Shown one piece after another: positions 37,113 through 46,648 of a stretch of DNA of 64,000 nucleotides; the first letter of the stretch is position 1; each line of letters opens with the position of its first letter. The DNA is from Candidatus Krumholzibacteriales bacterium (GTDB lineage: Bacteria > Krumholzibacteriota > Krumholzibacteriia > Krumholzibacteriales > WJIX01). The DNA is taken from NCBI GenBank assembly GCA_046483305.1, contig JAWODM010000034.1:27997-91996 (forward strand), in the 5' to 3' direction. The notes under the pieces are model-generated. The model was not told the origin of the DNA and searched no databases. It was given only the letters and a program-made list of their open reading frames with translations. Position numbers and translations under genes: made by a program.

Positions 37113-40100
37113 GTGGAGCTGCGTTTGAGAAGAACGGTTCTGAACATAATTATTTTTCTGGCTTTTCTTGCCCTGCCGCCCCGGGATTCTGTGGCTCAGG
37201 CGACAGGGGAAAGAGGAAGCAGCAGCGCTGATTCAACTCTCTACCAATGGAAGGCGGGGAATCTGAAATTCAGGGAAGTTGAGGGGAAGAGGGTGGTGTT
37301 TCTCAGCGACAGCGTCAGAATTGACCACCAGGCCGCCACTATTACATCCCTTACCGGGATGCACTACCTGGATGAGAAAAAATTCATACTGGAGGATGAA
37401 GTTCACGCCGTGGACGGGACCATGGAGATTTTCGGGGAGATAGGAAAATATTTCGGCCTGGAGAATATTCTGACCATCGAGAAGAATGTCAGGTGCCTGG
37501 ATCGCGGAATGGAGGTGACCTGTGAGAGGGGACGATACAACAGGGTTTCCACAACGGTTTTTCTTACCGGAAATGTAGTTCTTACGGACAGTACCCGGGA
37601 ACTTTACGCGGATACGGTCATTTATAACCGGAATACCGGGATAGCAAATGCCTACGGGTCGGTTGTTATCATCAATCCCGCCCAGGATTATTCGATCTCG
37701 GGACCCCATGCAAGGTATGACCGTGAGAAATCAGAGGCATATATGGACGGCTATCCGGTTCTGATCTTTGACCGGAGCCAGCAGGAGCCGGGCCGTATAA
37801 AGTCCGCGGAGATGCTTTTCAATATGGAACTGGACCGGGGAACAGCGGTGGGGGACGTCAGGATAATCAAGGGGGAAACCTCCGCGGAATGCGACTCAGC
37901 GATTATTTTTAACGATCAGGGTTATGTCGAGCTTCTGGGGGATCCCAGATCCAGGAGCGGCCTGTCGGAGATGAGGGGAAAGAGGACAGGAATCTATTTC
38001 TCCGAAAGAGAAGTCAATACCATCATACTGCCGGAATTCGGGCGTATTTCCGAGAAACCGCCCAGGGGGTCGCGGTGGTGGAAGGATTCGTGGATTGAGG
38101 GTGATTCGATAGTAATTCATCTCTCCGATGAAGATGTGGATTCGGTAAGGGTTTTCGGCAGCGCCAGGGCGATGTACTACCCTTCGGAAAGTGAAAAGGG
38201 AAAGGTCTCCAATAATTTCTCCAGCGGGGATACCATGTTCTTCAGGTTCAGGAGGAAAAACCTGATCTATGTCAATGTAACCGGTAACACCGAGGGGATT
38301 TATAAGTATATGCACCTGGAGGATAATGAAACCATAGACAGCCTGGCGGCGGAAACTGATACCGCGCTTACCTACCGGGATTTTAACAGCGAATCGGAGA
38401 AAATCAAATACAGCGGCAACAATATAGAATACTTCGCCGATACCGAAGATATCAGTATCGACCGGTCAGCCAGCATTGATTACCAGAACAAGACCCTGGA
38501 AGCCGATCACATAGACTTCAATTCGAAGCTCAATATACTGAAGGCTGAAGGCAGCCCGGTGCTCAAGGAGCACAATCAGGAGATGTACGGCTATGAGATG
38601 GGTTACGATATGGACCGTAATGGGGGGCTGGTCACCAGCGGATCCACCCAGTATGACAACGGTTATTACAGGGGGGGACATATCTTCAAGGATGGCAAGG
38701 ACATACTGAAGGTATACGATTCCATATATACTACCTGCGATCTTAAGAGCCCCCATTACTCTTTCCGTTCTCACAGGATGAAGGTATATATGGACGATAA
38801 GGTGGTATCGGGGCCTATTACCCTCTATCTGGGCGAGATGCCGATATTCTATCTCCCTTTCATGGCTAATTCTATCAGGAGGGACCGGCATTCCGGTATT
38901 CTGAGGCCGAATTTCGATATCGGGATCAACAGCAGGGACGGAAGGTTTATCAGGGGGCTGGGTTACTACTGGGCAACCAACGATTATACCGACTTCACAT
39001 TAACCGGGGATTTCAATGAATATCAGAATATCAGGTTTCATCTGGAGAACCGTTATAAGGTCAGGTATCTACTGAACGGAAATGCCGATTTCAACTTCGT
39101 GAGGAATTTCCGGGATAAGACCAGTGAATGGACGGTCAACGCTTCCCATAATCAGACATTCAGCAAAACATCTTCGTTCAGAAGCAATTTGAAATTCGTA
39201 AGCAGTGATCAGGCACAGAGGGCGTTGAACAACGTTGACGATGTTGACAGGGTAGTGGACCGGAGGATATATTCAACGGCCAGCTATAATAAAAGCTGGG
39301 GGGGGACCCGGCTGGGACTTTCCGCGAACAGGGACCAGAAACTGAATGTGGACAGCCCCACTGATACAAGGATATCCTCCACCCTTCCTCGATTCTCTCT
39401 CAACTTTCCCAGAATTTCCCTGTGGTTCGGCGGGAAGCGTAAGGGGAGCGAAAGATCGATCTGGGAGAGAGCCCTGAGAAGCATCACCTTCAGCCCCAAT
39501 CTCAGAGGGGAAAGGAGAGAGAGGATAAGCGAAGCTGAAGAGACCACGGAGCTTTCCGCCAGTTCCGGATTAGGCCTCAGCCAGCAGCATAAAATACTGT
39601 TCCTTAATTTCTCTCCCTCCATGAGTTTGAACTGGAATTACTCCAACATATTGAGCGACCGGGTGGATACAACTTATATTAAGAGAGATTCCAGGGAGGG
39701 AGAGGTGGAAAATGAATATTCGATGAGATTTGGAGCGGGAATAGGAACCACCCTTTACGGTATATTCTACCCCCGATTAGGACCGGTCAGCGGAATAAGG
39801 CATACCTTCAATCCGTCTTTCAATTACAGCTATACGCCCAGGCTTCGGGAGGGACAGGTGATGAACAGATCCCTGAGCTACTCCGTGAGGAACATTATTG
39901 ATCTCAAGGTGAGGCAGGGGGATGAGGTGGTTAAGAAGAATAACGTACTGACATGGAACATAAGTGGAAACTACGATCCGGATAGAGAGAAGGGACAGCG
40001 GTTCTCCAATATCAGAAGCGGCTTGAGGACATCTCTGGGAGGCAAATTGTCCCTGAGCCTGAACCAGACTTACGATCCCAGGGAGAAAGAGATTATATCT

Positions 40101-40571
40101 ACCAGTTTCAACGCGGACCTGGCTCTGAGCGGATCATTCTCGTATCCCGCCACGTGGTCCGTTAAGCAACAGGAGAGGGTCGCCGCGGCCGCTTCCGGAG
40201 CCGGTAATGGAGGGGGCGGCGAAACCGGCCCCGGCGAAAGAAACTGGTCACTGGCGGTGGGATACAGTTTTTCGGAGAGGGGTTCCGGAACCTTCTCCAG
40301 TGTCACCAGCAAGGTCGATCTGAGGGGCAATATTTCACTGACCAGAAACTGGAGGATATCGTACTCCGGTTATTATGACCTGGATGCGGATCAATTCACC
40401 AGCCAGCAGTATACACTGGAGAGAGACCTTCACTGCTGGAAAGCGAGCTTCATTCACCGAAGATTCGGTAACGAATGGAGTTACTACTTTCAGATATCGG
40501 TTAAGGAGCTGCCCGATATAATGTATGAACGGGGCAAGCGGGGGATAAGAAGTTCGGTCCCGTATATGTAG
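37113..40571 (+). CDS. large secreted OstA/LptD-like outer-membrane protein (probable LPS-assembly protein)
   Basis: Signal peptide, repeated OstA-N-like beta-jellyroll segments, a long C-terminal region with a beta-barrel-like pattern; 1152 aa. Confidence 0.45.
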   Translation: MELRLRRTVLNIIIFLAFLALPPRDSVAQATGERGSSSADSTLYQWKAGNLKFREVEGKRVVFLSDSVRIDHQAATITSLTGMHYLDEKKFILEDEVHAVDGTMEIFGEIGKYFGLENILTIEKNVRCLDRGMEVTCERGRYNRVSTTVFLTGNVVLTDSTRELYADTVIYNRNTGIANAYGSVVIINPAQDYSISGPHARYDREKSEAYMDGYPVLIFDRSQQEPGRIKSAEMLFNMELDRGTAVGDVRIIKGETSAECDSAIIFNDQGYVELLGDPRSRSGLSEMRGKRTGIYFSEREVNTIILPEFGRISEKPPRGSRWWKDSWIEGDSIVIHLSDEDVDSVRVFGSARAMYYPSESEKGKVSNNFSSGDTMFFRFRRKNLIYVNVTGNTEGIYKYMHLEDNETIDSLAAETDTALTYRDFNSESEKIKYSGNNIEYFADTEDISIDRSASIDYQNKTLEADHIDFNSKLNILKAEGSPVLKEHNQEMYGYEMGYDMDRNGGLVTSGSTQYDNGYYRGGHIFKDGKDILKVYDSIYTTCDLKSPHYSFRSHRMKVYMDDKVVSGPITLYLGEMPIFYLPFMANSIRRDRHSGILRPNFDIGINSRDGRFIRGLGYYWATNDYTDFTLTGDFNEYQNIRFHLENRYKVRYLLNGNADFNFVRNFRDKTSEWTVNASHNQTFSKTSSFRSNLKFVSSDQAQRALNNVDDVDRVVDRRIYSTASYNKSWGGTRLGLSANRDQKLNVDSPTDTRISSTLPRFSLNFPRISLWFGGKRKGSERSIWERALRSITFSPNLRGERRERISEAEETTELSASSGLGLSQQHKILFLNFSPSMSLNWNYSNILSDRVDTTYIKRDSREGEVENEYSMRFGAGIGTTLYGIFYPRLGPVSGIRHTFNPSFNYSYTPRLREGQVMNRSLSYSVRNIIDLKVRQGDEVVKKNNVLTWNISGNYDPDREKGQRFSNIRSGLRTSLGGKLSLSLNQTYDPREKEIISTSFNADLALSGSFSYPATWSVKQQERVAAAASGAGNGGGGETGPGERNWSLAVGYSFSERGSGTFSSVTSKVDLRGNISLTRNWRISYSGYYDLDADQFTSQQYTLERDLHCWKASFIHRRFGNEWSYYFQISVKELPDIMYERGKRGIRSSVPYM

Positions 40572-40655
40572 CCGGCACGGACTGGCCGGGGGTTAAAACC
40601 TCAAAAGCTGGCAATGAAAGATTTAGAAGAAACCTTATTTTAAAGGAAATAAGTG

Positions 40656-40684
40656 TTGACAGACATTTTTTCTGTAGCTAAAGT
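40656..40684 (+). promoter_or_regulatory. putative sigma70 promoter of hup (TTGACA, 17 nt spacer, TAAAGT)
   Basis: TTGACA at 40656-40661 and TAAAGT at 40679-40684. Confidence 0.35.
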
Positions 40685-40725
40685 AGCGATGTATTTATTT
40701 CTTGAAAAGGTAAAGGAGGTGTAGG

Positions 40726-41016
40726 ATGAACAAAACTGAATTGATTGAAAAGGTTGCTGATAAAACGAATTTGACTCGTAAAGATGCTAAAGCCGCGGTA
40801 GACGCTATCTTCAGCACAGCGCCAAGAGAAGGTATTATCGCAGGCGAACTGTCCAAGGGCAAGAGAGTCCAAATTACTGGATTCGGCACATTTTCACGTC
40901 GTAAGCGCAAAAAGCGTAAGGGACGCAATCCTCAGACTGGAGCAACAATTACTATCCCGGCGACGAAATATCCAGCCTTTAAAGCCGGAAAGGCTCTGAA
41001 GGAACGTGTCGAGTAA
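40726..41016 (+). CDS. hup: HU family DNA-binding protein
   Basis: [12 protein letters not shown]-terminus and GFGTF...RNPQTG arm. The arm is unusually basic ([11 protein letters not shown]). Confidence 0.9.
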   Translation: MNKTELIEKVADKTNLTRKDAKAAVDAIFSTAPREGIIAGELSKGKRVQITGFGTFSRRKRKKRKGRNPQTGATITIPATKYPAFKAGKALKERVE

Positions 41017-41027
41017 TAGTATTAAAT

Positions 41028-41067
41028 ATTATAAAATGGAAGCAGGTGGATTAATCTTCATCTGCTT
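41028..41067 (+). terminator. rho-independent terminator of hup
   Basis: Stem GGAAGCAG / CTGCTTCC followed by seven T residues. Confidence 0.75.
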
Positions 41068-41213
41068 CCATTTTTTTATATATCTGACCCGGCGGGAGCG
41101 GATATCCGGAACCGTCTTGAATAAGATGACGGGTTGAATTATATTATTCCAGGCCGGTGTTAATCTGAAACAGGCATTCGGTGATACCGTTCAACAAATC
41201 AGGAAAGCTGTGT

Positions 41214-42593
41214 ATGAATAAATCAGTTTTGACTCTTATATTATTCATTCTGATAACCGTATCCGCTTTAGATGCTCTGGAAAGCGGCCCGGAGCCGGTG
41301 ACCGTGCTGTTCACCAGCGATACCGAAGGCAAGGTAAGGCCATACGGGTGAGCGTCCAAAGCCGAAGGCGGAGTGGCCCGGAGGGCTGAAGGATTCAGAA
41401 GAGAACTGGAAAAAGACGGTCAGGCACTTATCCTGTGCGCGGGTGATTTTTTCGGGGAAAAAGGTATCCTGGAGATGTTGAGGGGTAAATTCCTCGGCCG
41501 GATGATGATGAAAATGGGTTACAGCGCAGTGGCGGTTGGAGAAAAGGAATTGAATTATCAGGGCAGGGCAATCCGCGATATTCGCAGCGAAGGGCTTCCC
41601 GTTATCTGCGCGAACCTGTTCCGCGACGGAGTCAGGCTTTTCCCTCCCTATAAAATAGTAGAGAGACGGGGAAACAGAATAGGGATAATGGCCCTCCTGG
41701 ATTCAGAGCTCCCGCCGGCCCCGGATATGGTCCTGGAGCCGCCTCTGGAGACAGGAAATTCCATTGCGGAGGAGCTTAAAGATAAAGGTTGCAATATTGT
41801 TATCCTTCTGGCCCATATGAAAAGGGAAAAGATAAGTGACCTGGCTCTTTCTATTGAAGGTGTTGACCTGATAATCCGGGGCCATGCCGAGAAGAAGTCT
41901 CTGGTCTATGATGACTGCAGCGACCGGTCCATAAAATCTTTTGAGGAATTCGGTGTTCCGGTACTTTTTGCCGGCGATAAGGGGAGAATAATAGGCAAAA
42001 CAGTTCTGCTGCCATTTGAAGATGGCGGCTGTATGCTTGCCGATACCACCGTGATCCATCTTGATTCCTCATTCGAAACCGAAAATAATTATACCGCGCA
42101 TGTGAATAATTATATGAGAGAGGAAGCCCGTAAGAAAAGCATCATGGAAGTCCGGAAGAATGTGGCCCGCGATGAGCGGGGGAATATCAGGCCGGTATAC
42201 ATGGGTATGCAGGTCTGCGGTAGATGCCACAGATCCATAGCGCACAAATTTTTATCTACCCGGCACTATAAGGCCTATCAAAGGGTAAGTGACAGGGATG
42301 ACAGGGAATCATGTTTGAAATGCCATGCCACGGGTTACGGAGAGTATTCGGGGTTCGGCTCGGAAGAAGCCGCCAACAGGGATATTGAACTGAAGGGGGT
42401 TACCTGCGAGGAATGCCATGGGCCCGGAAGCGAGCACTCCCGGGACGGCAGGTATGTCGAAACAGCCAGGAATTCATGCCGGCGGTGTCACACTCCGGAA
42501 AGATCTCCGGGTTTTGATTATCAGAAGTTCCTGAAGAAGGCTTGTTCGATTATGCGAGCCGATTCCACTGTCAGAGAGAGAGCGGTTCACTGA
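41214..42593 (+). CDS. signal-peptide protein fusing a 5'-nucleotidase/metallophosphoesterase-like domain to a C-terminal tetraheme cytochrome c domain; one in-frame TGA at codon 46 (selenocysteine candidate or disruption)
   Basis: ATG 41214 starts a signal peptide and a phosphoesterase motif-I-like segment (VLFTSDTEGK). TGA at 41349-41351 is in frame with the track ORF 41373-42593, which carries GDFFGEKG and four CxxCH motifs. Confidence 0.55.
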
Positions 42594-43396
42594 TGTTCTT
42601 ATCTGTTCTGATCAACCGGGCTAAACAGAGGATTCTGAGTAATTGTGGCATTATCTCCGTTGCCATATTATCCATAATCGGTTTCGCGGCGCCGGATTCG
42701 TCCGGGGAATCCGGGGTAATGGTGCCGGGGATAAATCCCCGGGATATTACTTTCAGAGAGGGGGAGAGAGTTCAGTACCTGGTGATATCGGAGGCCTACG
42801 GTATAAGGGATTCCTCCCTGGTAACCTTTTCGGTATTCAGGCGCACCGGGTCGGAAGCCGGGATAGAGATAGAATCAGCGCCGATCCCCGCGGACTCGGC
42901 CGAGGCCGTGGTAGTGCGTATTGTGCTTTCCGGGCAGGCCTTAAACCCCGGCTGCTCTGACAGCGACAGCCTCAGGTTCGAGTCGGTGATTCTGAAAAAG
43001 GGATCTGAGCCATTCAGGGCCCTTACCGGTGAAGAGAAGGCTGAAATCGATATTAATGATTATTTCTTCGATCCATCGAAATACCGGAAAACTCCCCTCC
43101 CCCGGGATACATTGACCACCCCGGCGGGCGAGTTCTTCTGTGAATCAATGGAATTCACCAGAAGCAGCAGGGACGAAATGAACCTGGGAGGGAACAGAGC
43201 TGTAAGATTCGAGGAAGTGAAAGCTCTGCTATGGAGGTCCGAACAGGTTCCATTATGGGGGCTGGTAAGGAGCGAAGTGATAAGCAGCCGGCGGACTGAA
43301 ATTGACGACCCATCGATTCCGCGGGATATGCTCAAATCAGGCCGGAAATCATACCGGTCGATTCTGGTTTCCTATGTAGGTGTAAACAAGGAATAA
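42593..43396 (+). CDS. secreted hypothetical protein, translationally coupled (TGATG) to the phosphoesterase-cytochrome gene
   Basis: N-terminal hydrophobic signal-like segment; no recognisable domain. Confidence 0.5.
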   Translation: MFLSVLINRAKQRILSNCGIISVAILSIIGFAAPDSSGESGVMVPGINPRDITFREGERVQYLVISEAYGIRDSSLVTFSVFRRTGSEAGIEIESAPIPADSAEAVVVRIVLSGQALNPGCSDSDSLRFESVILKKGSEPFRALTGEEKAEIDINDYFFDPSKYRKTPLPRDTLTTPAGEFFCESMEFTRSSRDEMNLGGNRAVRFEEVKALLWRSEQVPLWGLVRSEVISSRRTEIDDPSIPRDMLKSGRKSYRSILVSYVGVNKE

Positions 43397-43610
43397 GGTT
43401 ACGGAGACCAAAAATTCCAGTTTTTCCGTAACAATCTTGGGCGAGGGGCTTGCCAAGAATCCGGATTAATGCTATATTGATAATTAAGTTGATGTGGAAT
43501 TAGGTGTACTGCCGGAACAGTCATTTATAGCATCTCATTGTAATAGTTGCAGGATAACATGCTCTTTTCCACGATGAAGTTGTTCTATGTACCAGGGACG
43601 GGAGGAAAAG

Positions 43611-43802
43611 ATGACCTTGAGTGGCAAGGATGATAGTGTCCTAAAGAAAACCAAGAGGTATGTGAAGTATCATCAACTGCTGACCAAAGCCAGAGAAGAT
43701 GGACGTATCGGGGGAGAATTCAAATGCCCGGTTTGCGGCATGAGTTACCATACTTCTGATAAGGCTGATAATTGCTGCAGGATTGAAGGCGAAAGTCTGT
43801 AG
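43611..43802 (+). CDS. small zinc-ribbon protein (CPVCG...H...CC)
   Basis: GGAGG ribosome-binding site before ATG 43611. Cys/His cluster at the C-terminus; 63 aa. Confidence 0.4.
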   Translation: MTLSGKDDSVLKKTKRYVKYHQLLTKAREDGRIGGEFKCPVCGMSYHTSDKADNCCRIEGESL

Positions 43803-43812
43803 GTATGATTAT

Positions 43813-44235
43813 ATGAAGAAAGGAAAAGTTAAAAGGACGAAAGAAAAAATTGAACAGTACTGTTCTGTTTGCAAGGACACTTTCGAAATGGAAGTGGTGC
43901 GGAATGATGACGATAACGGGGGTGTTCCGTGGCTGAAATGCCCCGGCTGCGAAGGATTCCTTCCCTATATGGGCGAGGATGAAGCTGAGGAAGGCGATGA
44001 CGATGAAGAACAGCAGGAACTGGCACCGGAAGACCTCTCCTCTGAAGACAGGGAAAACGCCAAAGTCTACAACCAGGCCGCAGAGTATAACATAGACGAC
44101 GTTATCTATCAGCGTTCATGGAATGACTACGGGAAGGTTCTGGACAAGGAGGTTTTACCCGGAGGGAGAAAGGTGATTGTGGTACAGTTCATTAATCAGG
44201 GCAGGATCCGTCTACTTGAAGGAGCGGAGCAGTAA
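43813..44235 (+). CDS. small zinc-ribbon protein (CSVC...CPGC) with an acidic region
   Basis: Two CxxC pairs then an Asp/Glu-rich stretch; about 140 aa. Confidence 0.45.
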   Translation: MKKGKVKRTKEKIEQYCSVCKDTFEMEVVRNDDDNGGVPWLKCPGCEGFLPYMGEDEAEEGDDDEEQQELAPEDLSSEDRENAKVYNQAAEYNIDDVIYQRSWNDYGKVLDKEVLPGGRKVIVVQFINQGRIRLLEGAEQ

Positions 44236-44243
44236 GAGTAACC

Positions 44244-45023
44244 TTGAAGAGAATTATTTATCTTCTTGCAGCCGTTTCATTGGTATTTTTCCAATCCACT
44301 GCTGCTGGAGCGGCTAACGGCTATGTGGATTTCCCATCATTTTTCAACAGCATCGATTCTTCCAGTGTTATTACCGAATTCGGTTTTTCCATCTTCGACG
44401 AAGATGCCGGATACCTGTATTCCTCCTCGGCATCAGGGAGAATAAACGACAGGCTTACCGGCAGTTTTGACGCCTGCTATTTTTCAATAAACAGAGATGA
44501 CAGGATTCAGTTCGGATTCGGAGATTTCACAATCAATCTGACATTTCAGGCATCCGGAGACAGCCTGGGAACCAGCGGTATCTTTCTGAGAACAGATATC
44601 AGGCTTCCCTCCGGGGCGAAAGCTCTGCAGCCATTCGCCAGCAGGTCCTTTGACGGGGGGGCGGGGATGGAGCTCCGCGACAGATTCTCACTGTTTACCG
44701 TAAGACTGGCGGGAACCTATACCTTCGCCGAAGAAAGGAACGCGGAGGGAATTTATCCTCACAGCAACTACTCGATACTGGCCGCCTCAGCCGGTATGGA
44801 TATAGGCCCGGCCCGGTTAATGGCCTCCGGTTACTGGGTGGATTACCGGAAGAGCGGCGACCGCCGGGTTCTTCTGTCCAGTCTGTCAGGGCGGCTTTCT
44901 GAGAATTTCAGCATTATTCTTACTGGCGGAGTGGAGGCGGGAGATGATTACGAGCGATTGTTCGATTCCATATTTTCACTGAGGCTCGCCTACCGTTTTC
45001 CTTCAGCTGAGAATGAACAGTAG
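44244..45023 (+). CDS. secreted hypothetical protein, possible outer-membrane beta-barrel
   Basis: Signal peptide (LLAAVSLVFFQSTAAGAA) and beta-strand-like alternation; TTG start. Confidence 0.4.
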   Translation: MKRIIYLLAAVSLVFFQSTAAGAANGYVDFPSFFNSIDSSSVITEFGFSIFDEDAGYLYSSSASGRINDRLTGSFDACYFSINRDDRIQFGFGDFTINLTFQASGDSLGTSGIFLRTDIRLPSGAKALQPFASRSFDGGAGMELRDRFSLFTVRLAGTYTFAEERNAEGIYPHSNYSILAASAGMDIGPARLMASGYWVDYRKSGDRRVLLSSLSGRLSENFSIILTGGVEAGDDYERLFDSIFSLRLAYRFPSAENEQ

Positions 45024-45187
45024 AGGTATTTCCATTTTTCCCGACTGCAAAATGCGGAAACCGTCATTTCCCGTAATTCCCCATTGTACCTGAAATGGGT
45101 TAACCGTATAGCATCATTACCGTTAATACAAGGCACGCCTCTTGCTTTTTCTTCTGGCAAGCATCGATAGAGAAAGGCACTACATCT

Positions 45188-46576
45188 ATGATTAAAAGCA
45201 ACGGCTTTGAACCTTTTCTGGATATGTTGAAAGAGCTCTCAGAAACCCTCGACCAGGGATTGGTGTTATTCGGGGGCCGGAACAGCTTCGCGAATGAAAG
45301 GGCGGTTTTGCTCCTGGATGCCGGGACTCCGGACCAGGCGGTTGAGATTGTAAGGGACAAATTCCCCGGATTAAACGGATCCGGCCGGCTGGAAAAGGGC
45401 GTACGCACCGCATTTGTTGAGAGCGGAAATCCCGGTGTGGGCGGAAGCAGGCTGCTGGGACTGGAGCTTCATAATGTCGAAACAGGAGGTTCAGAATGCC
45501 TGAATTACGTTCTCCTCCGAGACTTTTCATACTGGAGCAATCAGGATGAGATGCGTAAGGAATTTATCAGTTCCATATCCCATCGGCTCAGAACGCCTAT
45601 TACTTCAATACATCACGCACTGGAGGTTATCAATGACCGGAAAACTTCCGCTACAGAGGAAGAGTGGTCCAGGTTTCTGAATATCGGCCTGAGGAACATT
45701 CATAAACTGATATCTCTGGTGGATGAACTCCAGAAACTCTACATGGTTCAATCGGAAGAGAAAAAAGGCTGCAGGGGCCTCTTCAGAATAGGGGACGAGG
45801 TATATTCCTGTTTCTACAGGCTGGACCGGGAAGGAACAATAGAAGGGTTCGAACTGGAGAGCTGCGACTGCGCCGTATTCACGCAGATAAGCAGAGTTGA
45901 GACATTCGTTGCCACTGCCGCGGACCTTTTCAGGAAATGGCTTGGCGTACCGCCCTGCCTTCATGTAAAGATAACCGGGCCGGATTATCAGACGGATAGA
46001 GGCGGGATAGAGATTTCGATTCGCTGTGAAAGCAAGAGGGAAGATTCTGAAACCCTGAGGGACTACCTTTATTATTCAGAATCACACCGCTCCCTTATTA
46101 TGGAAAGGCTTGCCATCTCTCTGGAGGGAAAGATGGGTGTGGGCCCCGGCCCCCGGATAACCTTATCGATTCCGGAGTGCCCCGTTTTCGACAGAGAAAA
46201 AGACCTTATCTATCCGCTTAACTCAATAATCGAAGAAGCGAGGGCCGGATGCAGTTGCTTCTGCCTGATAGACCTTGGCCTGGGCCGGCCCTGTTCTGTA
46301 AGGGGGGAAGTTCTCAGAAAACTGCTGGGAGAATCCCTTGGAAGGGCGGGCCATCCCTATATATCGATGGGTGAGAGGGATCAGAGTTATCTGCTCTTTT
46401 TCAAAACCGGTTCCGTTAACGAGGCCGAGGACTGGATGGAGGAGCTCAACGAGAGATTCATCGAACAGCTCGGATCGGAAGGAATTCCATACCGGGGAGG
46501 CTTGAAGTGGGATATTAAGCTGAAGAAAGTTACGGATCAGGAGTCTGCCGTGCTTTCGCTGGCTGATATCTGCTGA
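45188..46576 (+). CDS. cytoplasmic histidine-kinase-like protein with a canonical HisKA H-box and a divergent catalytic region
   Basis: ISHRLRTPITSI H-box. C-terminal GKMGVGPGPRITLSIPE resembles a G2-box/HATPase end, but N and G1 boxes are not recognisable. No TM segments. Confidence 0.45.
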   Translation: MIKSNGFEPFLDMLKELSETLDQGLVLFGGRNSFANERAVLLLDAGTPDQAVEIVRDKFPGLNGSGRLEKGVRTAFVESGNPGVGGSRLLGLELHNVETGGSECLNYVLLRDFSYWSNQDEMRKEFISSISHRLRTPITSIHHALEVINDRKTSATEEEWSRFLNIGLRNIHKLISLVDELQKLYMVQSEEKKGCRGLFRIGDEVYSCFYRLDREGTIEGFELESCDCAVFTQISRVETFVATAADLFRKWLGVPPCLHVKITGPDYQTDRGGIEISIRCESKREDSETLRDYLYYSESHRSLIMERLAISLEGKMGVGPGPRITLSIPECPVFDREKDLIYPLNSIIEEARAGCSCFCLIDLGLGRPCSVRGEVLRKLLGESLGRAGHPYISMGERDQSYLLFFKTGSVNEAEDWMEELNERFIEQLGSEGIPYRGGLKWDIKLKKVTDQESAVLSLADIC

Positions 46577-46648
46577 ATAACCTGCCCGAAATGATTAATA
46601 ATTGCCGGCCCCGCCGGCTGATCCTCTGAATCCCGTACCATTCGCTTC

